Under the pieces are notes generated by a model, which was given only the letters and a program-made list of their open reading frames with translations, searched no databases and was not told the DNA's origin. DNA of 64,000 nt from positions 10,614 through 74,613 of the forward strand of contig DATLQU010000035.1 of the NCBI GenBank assembly GCA_035535015.1. The letters are read 5' to 3'. A program made the translations under genes and the position numbers. The stretch comes from Acidimicrobiales bacterium. GTDB taxonomy: Bacteria; Actinomycetota; Acidimicrobiia; Acidimicrobiales; UBA8190. Shown in pieces: positions 1 to 8,450 of the stretch (positions are counted from its first letter, which is position 1; the number at the start of each line of letters is the position of its first letter).

Positions 1-548
1 AACAACGAAGCGTTCACCTTCGGCGTCGTCACCTTGAAGATCGGAATCCAGGCCACATGGCGGGCCAGCCAGCCGCTGATCCCGACCACATTCGGCTGGA
101 GCTCGAAGATGGCCCACAGTCCGTAGATGACACTCGGGATAGCGGCGGCGAGATCGACGCAGGCGATCAGATACGGCCGTAGGCCTTTGGGGGCGTACTC
201 GGACAGGAAGAGCGCGGTCAGCAGGGCCACAGGGGTGCCTACGGCGAGGGCGATCACGGCCACCACCACAGTGCCGTAGAGCGACGCCTCGACCCCGAAG
301 TGCTTGGTCTTACCGACCGTCTGAAAGCCGGAGCTGGTGAAGAAGCTCCAACCGGCCACGTGGAAGGCGGGAAACCCCTGAATGAGGAGGAACAAGCCGA
401 TCAGAAACAAGATCACGAGAGTCCCGAAGCCCGCGCCCCGGGCGACCCCTCGGAAGACCCTGTCCCCAGGACGCCTGTCGTTTCGAACAACTGCAGGCCG
501 TAGCGGACCCTGGCCTCCGGGTCCCAGTCTCTCGGTCGCGATGGCCAC
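1..548 (-). CDS. pstC: Phosphate ABC transporter permease PstC, N-terminal part (gene runs off the window at position 1)
   Basis: Own translation of the minus strand; it is absent from the ORF track because it is truncated by the window edge. GTG at 548 gives VAIATERLGPGGQGPLRPAVVRNDRRPGDRVFRGVARGAGFGTLVILFLIGLFLLIQGFPAF...LFLSEYAPKGLRPYLIACVDLAAAIPSVIYGLWAIF. The Arg-rich N-terminus, first TM helix and the EYAP...AAIPSVIYGLW block are PstC-like. An in-frame stop at 552-554 bounds the start. Confidence 0.75.
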   Translation of the reverse strand, partial: MAIATERLGPGGQGPLRPAVVRNDRRPGDRVFRGVARGAGFGTLVILFLIGLFLLIQGFPAFHVAGWSFFTSSGFQTVGKTKHFGVEASLYGTVVVAVIALAVGTPVALLTALFLSEYAPKGLRPYLIACVDLAAAIPSVIYGLWAIFELQPNVVGISGWLARHVAWIPIFKVTTPKVNASL

Positions 549-819
549 GTCTCAGTCGTCCTCGCACGCCGCTTCGGCCCTTGGTGTCACCCGAACCCGA
601 ACATCTCCCATGGTGCACCGAAGGCGGGACACCAGCGGGAGTCAAGGTACAAGGCGAAGGTGAACGGCAGGCGAACGAAATACGAACGACAGATGAAATG
701 CCCTTACCCCGTACCAGCGCGATGGCGTTCCGGTTGCTCGGCGCGCCTCCCCTGGCTCGCTGAATGACGCCGTGCCGGAGCCCGCCGCCGGATCCGATCC
801 GGTCTCATGGTTCCGCCCT

Positions 820-851
820 CCTGTCGCCCTGTCGCCCTGTCGCCCTCTCGT
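820..851. repeat. 8-bp tandem repeat (CCTGTCGC x3 plus a degenerate copy) inside a ~715-bp gene-free spacer
   Basis: Read directly: cctgtcgc cctgtcgc cctgtcgc cctctcgtc. Confidence 0.8.
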
Positions 852-1263
852 CGGCCGCGCCACTGTTTTGCTCTCGCTCTAGGTGTTCCCCCGATGACCG
901 TCAGCGTTACTCAGTACCTAAGGACGACGAAGAAGTGGGGGACCCCGGGGGGAGTCCGAACTCAAGATGGTGCGGAGTCGGAACCGTCGCATCCCGCTCC
1001 GTGCCGACCCACCATCGGATCGTCGGGGCGACCCCGACATGAACGACCCGCGAACACAGCGTCACAGCGACATGAATCTTTGTTCTCCTTGTCGATTTTC
1101 GCCCCCTGCGCGGCACTCAGTGCTTGACCGCACTCCGTTTGGAAGCGACGGTTACTCGCAGCCCAACGCCGGCACAACACGAACGATTCCGTATCGATAT
1201 CAGTCGACCACGATCACCACCTGTCACGGGGACTGAAGAGGGCGAAAGGAGCGAACCACCAGC

Positions 1264-3216
1264 ATGTCGGAATCAGACCCGGCCGCCGCGGGGATGCCTC
1301 TCTTGGTGATGGACGACGATTCCACTCGACCGGCGCCGACTCGGCCTTGGTGTCAACGTCTGCCGGCGTTCATCGCCAGGATCCGCTCACCGTTGCACAT
1401 CGCCACCCTGGACGGCGCGGTGATCGTGGCAAGCTATGGCGCGGCCGACCTGATCTTGGGACGATCGGGTGGCATCGTTTCGGACAGCGCCAATCTGCCG
1501 CTGATACTGGTAGCGGCTTTGGGCGCGCACCATCTCACCCTCCACCGGTTCGGCCTCTACCGCCGGATGTGGAGACACGCCGGGATTGTTGAAGCACGAG
1601 ACGTTGCGATGTCGTGCGCCGACGCCATGGCCCTCCTCGCCGTCATAGTCCTCGCCGGCCGAGCTGTCGGCGTTGGTCAGGTGAGCCCGGTTGTCATCGT
1701 TCTGGGCGCCTTGCTCACCACCCTGGGCGTCGAGATCGTCAGGTTCCGGACCCGCCTGGCCACATCGCGTCGTCGACACATCGCCACCGGCATGAGGGTA
1801 GCGGTGATCGGTTGCCGCGACGCCGGAGCTTCAGCGGTGAGGGACATGCTGATGAACCCCGGGGCAGGCCTCGTGCCCGTCGCCGTGTTCGACGACGATG
1901 GGAGGGCACACGGCCTTTCGCTTCTCGGTGTTCCCGTCGTGGGTCCGATCGCCGCCATCGCCGAAGCGAAGACGCGCTTCGGCATCGAGCAGGTGATCTT
2001 GGCCATCCCCTCTCCGTCGCCCACTCTGGTGCACCGGACGCTCTGTGCCACGGAGGCGGCGGGTCTCCCCATGAAGCTGCTCCCGGGTATACGAGAAATG
2101 GCTGGTGGCAAAGCCACGAGTCCCCTGCAACCCCCGCGTCAATTCCGCATCGAGGAACTCCTCGGTCGTGATCCGGTCACCACCGATCTTCAGGCCGTGC
2201 ACTCTTCGCTCAGAGGCAGTCGCGTGCTCATCTCGGGGGCAGGAGGCTCGATCGGCTCAGAGATCTCAAGGCAAGTTGCGCAGTTCGGACCTGATCTGAT
2301 CATCTTGTTGGACCGGGACGAAACCCACCTGCATGACGTGGCGTCGGTCCTGACCGGCGCCTCGGTGCAGGAGCTGGGCGACATTCGAGATCCTGATGTG
2401 GTGTTCGACGTCTTCCATCGGCACCGGCCTTCGGTCGTCTTCCACGCCGCCGCCCACAAGCATGTCCCGATCCTCGAAGCACACCCCATCGAGGCAGCTA
2501 AGACAAATGTCTTCGGAACACTCAACATGGTCGAAGCGGCAGCGGCACACGGAGTGTCACGCTTCGTCATGATCTCGACCGACAAGGCTGTCCGCCCGAC
2601 AAGTGTCATGGGCGCGGCCAAATTGGTCGGGGAACGGATCTTGCTGGCCCAGGAGCCGAGTGTCACGACGTTCTGTGCCGTCCGCTTCGGGAATGTGCTC
2701 GGAAGCCGCGGAAGTGTGATTCCCACCTTCGTCCGCCAGATCGCCGCCGGCGGTCCGGTGACGGTCACTGATCCGCTCATGACCCGGTTCTTCATGACCA
2801 TCGAGGAATCCGTCCAGCTGGTTCTCCAGGCCTCCCTGCTGGCAACGGGCGGGGACGTCTTTATGCTGGACATGGGGGAGCCGGTATCGATCTTGGACCT
2901 GGCCCAGCGCATGATCGCTCTTTCCGGATACCGAGTCGGGACCGAGATCGAGATCGAGTTCGTCGGAGGGCGCCCCGGAGAAAGATTCTCCGAGGAGCTC
3001 AGTGCCCCCGACGAGGAGATCCTACGGACCGCGCATCCGTCGATTCTGCGTCTCGCGCCACCAGCCGTGCACTCTGACATGTTGGCCAAAGACCTTCTCC
3101 GGCTCCAGGAGTCCGTGAGCATGCGCGACGTCACCCGTGTCCGCCACCTCCTTTTCGCGCTGGCAGGACCCGTTGCGCAGTTGGCCCGGTCGACAGTGTC
3201 GAAGGTCCCGGCCTGA
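1264..3216 (+). CDS. Membrane-anchored NDP-sugar 4,6-dehydratase/epimerase, CapD/WbpM/PglF family (polysaccharide biosynthesis)
   Basis: 650-aa ORF with hydrophobic N-terminal segments and two Rossmann-like regions (VAVIGCRDAGASAV; LISGAGGSIGSEISRQV). It carries the family hallmarks VFHAAAHKHVPILE and ISTDKAVRPTSVMGAAK. AAAGGAG lies upstream of the ATG. Confidence 0.85.
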   Translation: MSESDPAAAGMPLLVMDDDSTRPAPTRPWCQRLPAFIARIRSPLHIATLDGAVIVASYGAADLILGRSGGIVSDSANLPLILVAALGAHHLTLHRFGLYRRMWRHAGIVEARDVAMSCADAMALLAVIVLAGRAVGVGQVSPVVIVLGALLTTLGVEIVRFRTRLATSRRRHIATGMRVAVIGCRDAGASAVRDMLMNPGAGLVPVAVFDDDGRAHGLSLLGVPVVGPIAAIAEAKTRFGIEQVILAIPSPSPTLVHRTLCATEAAGLPMKLLPGIREMAGGKATSPLQPPRQFRIEELLGRDPVTTDLQAVHSSLRGSRVLISGAGGSIGSEISRQVAQFGPDLIILLDRDETHLHDVASVLTGASVQELGDIRDPDVVFDVFHRHRPSVVFHAAAHKHVPILEAHPIEAAKTNVFGTLNMVEAAAAHGVSRFVMISTDKAVRPTSVMGAAKLVGERILLAQEPSVTTFCAVRFGNVLGSRGSVIPTFVRQIAAGGPVTVTDPLMTRFFMTIEESVQLVLQASLLATGGDVFMLDMGEPVSILDLAQRMIALSGYRVGTEIEIEFVGGRPGERFSEELSAPDEEILRTAHPSILRLAPPAVHSDMLAKDLLRLQESVSMRDVTRVRHLLFALAGPVAQLARSTVSKVPA

Positions 3217-3226
3217 CCGATCGAGT

Positions 3227-3364
3227 CTCGCCGCTCTCGGACTCGCCGCTCTCGCGTTTCGCCGTTCTTGGACCACCAACTGCTCTCGGCCCACGAACTG
3301 CTGTCGGGCCTCGGACTGCTGTCGGGCCTCGGACTGCTCTCGGCCCACGAACTGCTGTCGGGCC
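3227..3364. repeat. Two adjacent tandem-repeat blocks directly after the capD-like stop: 15-nt x2, then 18-nt units in the order A-B-B-A-B(partial)
   Basis: 3227-3256: ctcgccgctctcgga / ctcgccgctctcgcg. 3280-3364: A=ctgctctcggcccacgaa, B=ctgctgtcgggcctcgga, arranged A B B A B'. Confidence 0.9.
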
Positions 3365-3571
3365 ACCACCGGCCGTCGAGCCTGACCTGTCACCTGGTTG
3401 GGCCTTGTCATCGGGTGAGAACCACGCAACCTTGGATTCCACTTCCCACTTCTGACGCTTTGTTGACTACGACGTGGATGCGTCGACGTTCTTCAGCCAA
3501 CGACGCTGATGGATAAGGCGAGGCCGCGCCCCACGCGCGCTCGTTGTCGCAGATTGATTACCAACATTTTG

Positions 3572-3601
3572 ATCAACCGTGACCTTCCGATCACGGTTGA
3601 T
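3572..3601. promoter_or_regulatory. Perfect 11-bp inverted repeat (atcaaccgtga N8 tcacggttgat) in a locally AT-richer stretch ~140 bp upstream of the Ig-repeat gene; operator or RNA hairpin candidate
   Basis: Arms at 3572-3582 and 3591-3601 are exact reverse complements. The flanking sequence is ttaccaacattttgatcaacc. Confidence 0.4.
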
Positions 3602-3743
3602 TCACCTTCTCTTCGTACGCTCCGCGACGTCAGTTCAACCCTTGGCGGAGGCCTCGCGGAGTGGGACAAGGAGGGGGCGGAACGAAAACCCCAGTGTAAG
3701 GGACAGAAATGCGTCCACTCATACCTGTTGGCAACTCGGAACC

Positions 3744-5165
3744 ATGAAAGGGAACTCGATGATCAAGTGGATCGGACGACCGATTCTTCTCAGTCTCGTC
3801 GCAGTGGCGAGCATTCTGACGACAGCGAACGTCGCCAGCGCGTCTACGCAGTTGCCCGTCGTGACTATCACGTCGAATCCTGCGACTCCTGTCGTAGGTC
3901 AATCTGTTCAGTACACGGTGACGGTGACCTACGACCCCGGTTTCGCGCAGAGCCCGACGGGAACGGCATCGTTCACTGACCTGCCGGCCTCGTCCCCACC
4001 GTGCACCTCTGCCACGCTGGTCCCTGCCACCCCGACGATTACTGCCGGAACGGCAATCGCGAGCTGCACCACGACGTACACCAAAGCGGAAAGCGGCAAT
4101 TTCATCGCCACTTACAGTGGCGACTCGAACTACACGGCAACCACTGGGACGCTGGTGCAGACAATCGGGGCGGGCGCGACCACGACATCCATCGCCTCAT
4201 CATCGTTGACGTCGGTCACGGGCCAGTCGATCGTCTTTACCGCCACCGTCAGCCCCACTATTGGCTCGGTTGTCCCGGCGGGTGCGGTGAGGTTTACCCA
4301 GACTGGTGCCGGTCCGGCCGTCCCGAGCGCCTGCAACCCGGCCCCCTTGGTGGCAGGGAAAGCAACCTGCACGGTGGTGCAGGGATTGAGTGCCTCTTCT
4401 TCGACCTCGCAGACCCTCAGCGCGGTCTACAACAATACCGATGGCAACTTCACCACCAGCTCTGACTTGACCGACGCCACGGTAGCGGCGCCAACACCAG
4501 CGACGACCCGAGTCCTCATCACGTCGTCCGCCAGCCCGGCAGTTTCAGGTCAGGCTCTCACCTTCACAGCCCAGGTTGCCCCGACATCACCAGGAAGCGG
4601 AACGCCGACGGGGACGGTGACATTCGCTGGCGCCACTTGCACCAACCCAAACGGATCTCCCACGCAGGTTCAGACGCTCAGCGGTGGGCTGGCAACATGC
4701 TCGGTGGCAGCGGGAACCTTCACGGTCATGAACCCTGTATCCATTACGGCGACGTACAACGGAGCTGGGGCAGTCAGTCCGTTTGTTGCGGCGTACCAGG
4801 CAAGTAGCCCGACTCCCTACACAGAGGCGGAGAATCAGAACACGACCAGCATCACCCTGATCGTCAACCCGAAGAAGGCGCATGTGAACAACCCGCTGTC
4901 GTTGACTGCGGTCATCGTGAGCCCACCTCCAGGATCGGGACAGATCACCGGTCTCGTGAGCTTCGTGGTCGTGGGCAAGCACAGCGGGCCTCTCAACTGC
5001 GCCAACTTGCCGTACAACTACGACTCCATCGCATCGGGCAATGAGGTGGAGTGCGATCTGCCAGCTCTGCCGGCGAGCGCCACGCCGATGAAGGTGTCGG
5101 TCAACTACTACGGTGACACCAATTACCTGGGTTCTTCGATTTCCAAGAAGATCCGGATTCACTAG
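3744..5165 (+). CDS. Secreted protein built of 4-5 tandem bacterial Ig-like repeats (Big_3-type); putative adhesin or surface protein
   Basis: I chose the internal ATG at 3744 because it gives a signal peptide, MKGNSMIKWIGRPILLSLVAVASILTTANVASA. A ~95-aa repeat recurs, ending in the motifs ATYSGDSNYTATTG, SAVYNNTDGNFTTSS, ITATYNGAG and VSVNYYGDTNYLGSS. The composition is Thr/Ser/Ala-rich. Confidence 0.75.
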   Translation: MKGNSMIKWIGRPILLSLVAVASILTTANVASASTQLPVVTITSNPATPVVGQSVQYTVTVTYDPGFAQSPTGTASFTDLPASSPPCTSATLVPATPTITAGTAIASCTTTYTKAESGNFIATYSGDSNYTATTGTLVQTIGAGATTTSIASSSLTSVTGQSIVFTATVSPTIGSVVPAGAVRFTQTGAGPAVPSACNPAPLVAGKATCTVVQGLSASSSTSQTLSAVYNNTDGNFTTSSDLTDATVAAPTPATTRVLITSSASPAVSGQALTFTAQVAPTSPGSGTPTGTVTFAGATCTNPNGSPTQVQTLSGGLATCSVAAGTFTVMNPVSITATYNGAGAVSPFVAAYQASSPTPYTEAENQNTTSITLIVNPKKAHVNNPLSLTAVIVSPPPGSGQITGLVSFVVVGKHSGPLNCANLPYNYDSIASGNEVECDLPALPASATPMKVSVNYYGDTNYLGSSISKKIRIH

Positions 5166-5226
5166 TCCACAAGAGCTACCGTCGCCCGCATTTTGGGGGC
5201 GAAAGACGAGTCCACCCTCGACACAC

Positions 5227-5254
5227 CGAAACCGCCCCCCGGGGGGCGGTTTCG
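5227..5254. terminator. Bidirectional intrinsic-terminator-like hairpin between convergent genes
   Basis: cgaaaccgcccccc/ggggggcggtttcg are perfect 14-nt palindrome halves, located between the stop at 5165 (+) and the stop at 5416 (-). Confidence 0.65.
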
Positions 5255-5415
5255 CGTGCAACGATCCGCGTCGTCGCCCAGGGCGTGTCGCCGTCGGTAC
5301 CCGGGGAACGGAGCGGAAATTTCTCCGATCGGAGTCCGGGGTCGGGCACGCCGGCGGACTGTGTCGACGACCGTCCGGACGGCAGCTGGCAGGCGACCAG
5401 CAGCCTCGGAGGGTC

Positions 5416-5955
5416 CTACCCCGACTCGGCCAGGGAAACGGAGTCGAGGGAGGCGATCAGATCACGGTCCCGCTCGTAGCTGAGCGCCCGTCGGGCGATG
5501 GTCAGCTCGAGCCAGCGCATCTCGTCGACCTCGTCGGACGGAGCGAATTCACCGTCCAGGACGTCCATGAGCCAGTAAGCGACCACCTTGAGCCGGTCCC
5601 GGCGATCGCGGTACTCGGTGTATCCGACAAACCGGTGCAGACGGCACCGTAGACCGGTCTCCTCCTGTACTTCTCGTAGCGCACAATCCTCGAAGGATTC
5701 GTCGGACGAGAGTTTCCCCTTGGGTAGCGACCAGTCGTCACGTCCTGGACGATGCACCACGGCCACTTCTCGGCGACCACCGGCGATATCACGCAGCACG
5801 ATGCCCCCGGCGGCGCGCACGACGTCCTGGCCGGCGCCCAGTCGTCGAAGCTTTGGTGCCGCCGCCCGAGCCATCAGAACCGACGCTACCGCCGGGCGGG
5901 GCCAATTCAGGGGATACCACTGACCAGGAGCGCTGTCGCCCTGGGACGTCACCAC
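5416..5955 (-). CDS. NUDIX hydrolase
   Basis: Nudix box: GKLSSDESFEDCALREVQEETGL (GX5EX7REVXEETG). The start could instead be the internal Met at 5874. Confidence 0.85.
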   Translation of the reverse strand: MVTSQGDSAPGQWYPLNWPRPAVASVLMARAAAPKLRRLGAGQDVVRAAGGIVLRDIAGGRREVAVVHRPGRDDWSLPKGKLSSDESFEDCALREVQEETGLRCRLHRFVGYTEYRDRRDRLKVVAYWLMDVLDGEFAPSDEVDEMRWLELTIARRALSYERDRDLIASLDSVSLAESG

Positions 5956-5977
5956 CGGTGCCGAGTAGCCTCATGTT

Positions 5978-8047
5978 GTGCCCGAACGGGGGGCGAACCC
6001 AACACACGTCGAGGTGGAGTGGCAGCTCGACGCGCTCGATCTTCGACCGGTCGAGCGCTGGCTCGGGACCTTCCCGAGAGTCGTGCCCGGCACCGGCATC
6101 GGATCGACTCACGTCGTGACCGTGGAGACCCTGCCCGTCAAACGCACCGTCGACGTCTATCTCGACACCGAGGACTGGAGGATCGGCCGATCCGGATTCG
6201 TCCTTCGCATCCGCCACCATGCCGACCAGGGAGAGGTCACGCTGAAGGACACGGCGCCGGCCGTGGCCGGGCTGCGGCGTCGTCTCGAGGTGACCCAGCC
6301 GCTTCCGGCCGCCGGTCTGCACGACCTCGACCCCCAGGGTCCCGTGGGCCGGCGATTGCGGGCGCTGGCCGGTGACGCGCCACTGACCCATCTTCTCGAG
6401 ATCAGGACACGCCGCCGTCCGTACCTCCTGCACGCAGCGGAGGAACGCCTCGGTGAAATGGACCTCGACGACACCATCATCGTGGTGGGCGACGACGAGT
6501 ACCCGGTCCGGATGCGCCGGGTCGAACTGGAAGTCGACCCTCGATGGGTGGAACTACTCACACCCCTGGTCGATCAGCTCCGCCAGGAATGCGGTCTGCA
6601 ATCGGCCATCCTGTCGAAGTTCGAGGTCGGCCTCCTGGCCGCCGGTCTGCGCGTGCCCGAGACGCCCTACCTCGGTCCGACGACTCTTCCGGACACTCCC
6701 TCGGTCGGAACGGTGGCCTATACCGTGCTGCGCCGAAATCTCGGCTCGATGCTGGCCCACGAGGCCGGGACCCGCCTCGGGGAGGACATCGAGCAACTCC
6801 ACGACATGCGGGTGGCCACACGCCGGCTGCGCGCCGCGCTGGACCTGTTCGAAGGTGTCCTACCCGGTCACGCGCACCGACTCCACGATGAGCTCGGATG
6901 GCTGGCCGCTGAACTCGGGGCCGTCCGTGATCTCGACGTCCAGCTGGAGAGGCTGGAGCAGTGGCGCCACCAGCTGTCCGAGCAACAAGCGGTATCCCTG
7001 GGCGAGTTGGCCGATGTCCTCGAGCGGGAGCGCGACGGCGCTCGGCAGACCCTTCTCGCCAGTCTCGATTCGGCGCGCTACGAACGCCTTGTCTCCGAAT
7101 TCACGTCGATGCTGCAGGCCGGTCCGGACCAGGGACCCTCCCGGCTGGTGAAAGCGGCGCAGGCGCCGGCCGTAGCTGTCGTCCCGGGACTGATCCTGGG
7201 TCGGCACCGTTCTGCCGCCAACGCGGCCCGCCGAGCACGACGAAGCGGCGTCCCGGCGGACTTTCACCGTTTGCGGATCCGTTGCAAGCGTCTTCGCTAC
7301 GCGCTCGAGTTCGTGTCGGAGATCTACGAAGGCAAGACGCGGCCTTTCGTGAAGCACGTGGTCGGCCTGCAGGACTGTCTGGGCCTCATGCAGGACGGTC
7401 AGGTGGCGGCCGACCGGTTGCTCGCACTGGCCACCGCCGAGAACTCCGGGTTGTCTCCCGCCGCCGTCTTCGTCATGGGCGCGGTAGCCGAGCGCTACCG
7501 GCACGACGTCGAGCGGCTCGTCCAGACGCTCCCCGACCAGCTCCAGGCGGTGAAAGGCCGGCGGTGGCGCAAACTGAAGGCCCTGATGGAGCGCCGGAGG
7601 CTCGAGGCGGGCCCTTCCCAGAGCTGGTCCCCCCCTCCGTCCACCCCGGCCGACCAGCCGGCCGATCCCAGGGTTCCCGAGCGGATCCCTCCGACACCGT
7701 TTCCCCACGCCTCGCCCTCCCCCACCCATCCGGCCGTCACCTCCGACGACGATCCGGACTGGGACGACGAGTGCGGACCGGCACTGCGGTCGGTGCCCGT
7801 GGTCGCCGATGATGGCGACGAGCCCACCTTCCTCGACGGCCCTCGGCCCCCGGCCGCGGCCGCGGCCGCGCCCCCGATCGCCGATCCCCCGGGCGGCCGC
7901 AGGCGCAAGGAGCCTGTTTTCCTCCCGGCACCGCCTGTCGGGGGACGCCCGACGGCCGTGCGGCCGGTGCCGCACACGGAACCGCCAGCACCACACTCCG
8001 AGCCTTCGGGGGGCGGACAAGATCGGTCGTTCCCCGACCGGCCCTGA
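5978..8047 (+). CDS. CYTH-CHAD two-domain protein (triphosphate-tunnel domain plus polyphosphate-granule-associated CHAD domain) with a long Pro-rich C-terminal tail
   Basis: N-terminus VEVEWQLD...DVYLDTED...LRIR is CYTH-like. The CHAD hallmark is HDMRVATRRLRAALDLF, with a second copy FHRLRIRCKRLRYALEF. The last ~170 aa are low-complexity P/A/G-rich. GTG start. Confidence 0.8.
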   Translation: MPERGANPTHVEVEWQLDALDLRPVERWLGTFPRVVPGTGIGSTHVVTVETLPVKRTVDVYLDTEDWRIGRSGFVLRIRHHADQGEVTLKDTAPAVAGLRRRLEVTQPLPAAGLHDLDPQGPVGRRLRALAGDAPLTHLLEIRTRRRPYLLHAAEERLGEMDLDDTIIVVGDDEYPVRMRRVELEVDPRWVELLTPLVDQLRQECGLQSAILSKFEVGLLAAGLRVPETPYLGPTTLPDTPSVGTVAYTVLRRNLGSMLAHEAGTRLGEDIEQLHDMRVATRRLRAALDLFEGVLPGHAHRLHDELGWLAAELGAVRDLDVQLERLEQWRHQLSEQQAVSLGELADVLERERDGARQTLLASLDSARYERLVSEFTSMLQAGPDQGPSRLVKAAQAPAVAVVPGLILGRHRSAANAARRARRSGVPADFHRLRIRCKRLRYALEFVSEIYEGKTRPFVKHVVGLQDCLGLMQDGQVAADRLLALATAENSGLSPAAVFVMGAVAERYRHDVERLVQTLPDQLQAVKGRRWRKLKALMERRRLEAGPSQSWSPPPSTPADQPADPRVPERIPPTPFPHASPSPTHPAVTSDDDPDWDDECGPALRSVPVVADDGDEPTFLDGPRPPAAAAAAPPIADPPGGRRRKEPVFLPAPPVGGRPTAVRPVPHTEPPAPHSEPSGGGQDRSFPDRP

Positions 8048-8176
8048 TCGCCGAGAATCCTCCGTATCGTTGCCTGTCGACAGTTTTCGTGGCGTTCACA
8101 GAGCCGTGACGGAACGGACACGTGGCTCGCGTACCGTGACGGTTGGCATCAAGAACGTCCCCAAGGAGGCCGACTC

Positions 8177-8338
8177 GTGCGGAAACTGCCGCGGAAGATC
8201 ACGGAAGTCGTGCTCAGGCTCACTGGCCCGGGAGCCACTCTCAACGCCTGGCACGAGGTCGACCGCACCGCAACGTCGATCGCAGATGTCGAAGCTCAGC
8301 TGCACCGGGTAAGCACCGCCTCGCCCAGGGCCGCCTGA
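8177..8338 (+). CDS. Candidate 53-aa small ORF with a consensus Shine-Dalgarno (below the ORF-track size cut-off)
   Basis: AAGGAGG at 8163-8169, a 7-nt spacer, then GTG at 8177. Translation: VRKLPRKITEVVLRLTGPGATLNAWHEVDRTATSIADVEAQLHRVSTASPRAA. It is followed by the strong hairpin at 8350-8391. No family recognised. Confidence 0.3.
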   Translation: MRKLPRKITEVVLRLTGPGATLNAWHEVDRTATSIADVEAQLHRVSTASPRAA

Positions 8339-8349
8339 GTCGCATCCGA

Positions 8350-8391
8350 GGCCCGGGCGCCTTCCACCTCCCCCGGGAGGGCGCCCGGGCC
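8350..8391. terminator. GC-rich hairpin (12-bp perfect arms) between convergent transcription units
   Basis: ggcccgggcgcc (8350-8361) and ggcgcccgggcc (8380-8391) are exact reverse complements. Confidence 0.55.
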
Positions 8392-8450
8392 AGAATGCGA
8401 TTCGCACCACCGTCTGCCCTGGCACCGATTGGCCCAGCACCGTCTGCCGG

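Noticed and set aside
3227-3364. Possible CRISPR array. The same question applies to 11581-11638 and 820-851.
   Set aside because: The repeats are directly adjacent with no unique spacers, the units are too short (8-23 nt), there are very few copies, and no cas genes are present.
3131-3442. Minus-strand ORF encoding hexapeptide repeats (GPRAVR/GPTAVR), which could be read as a repeat protein.
   Set aside because: It is simply the translation of the 18-nt DNA tandem repeat. It overlaps the 3' end of the capD-like gene, has no SD or start context, and the flanks are not protein-like.
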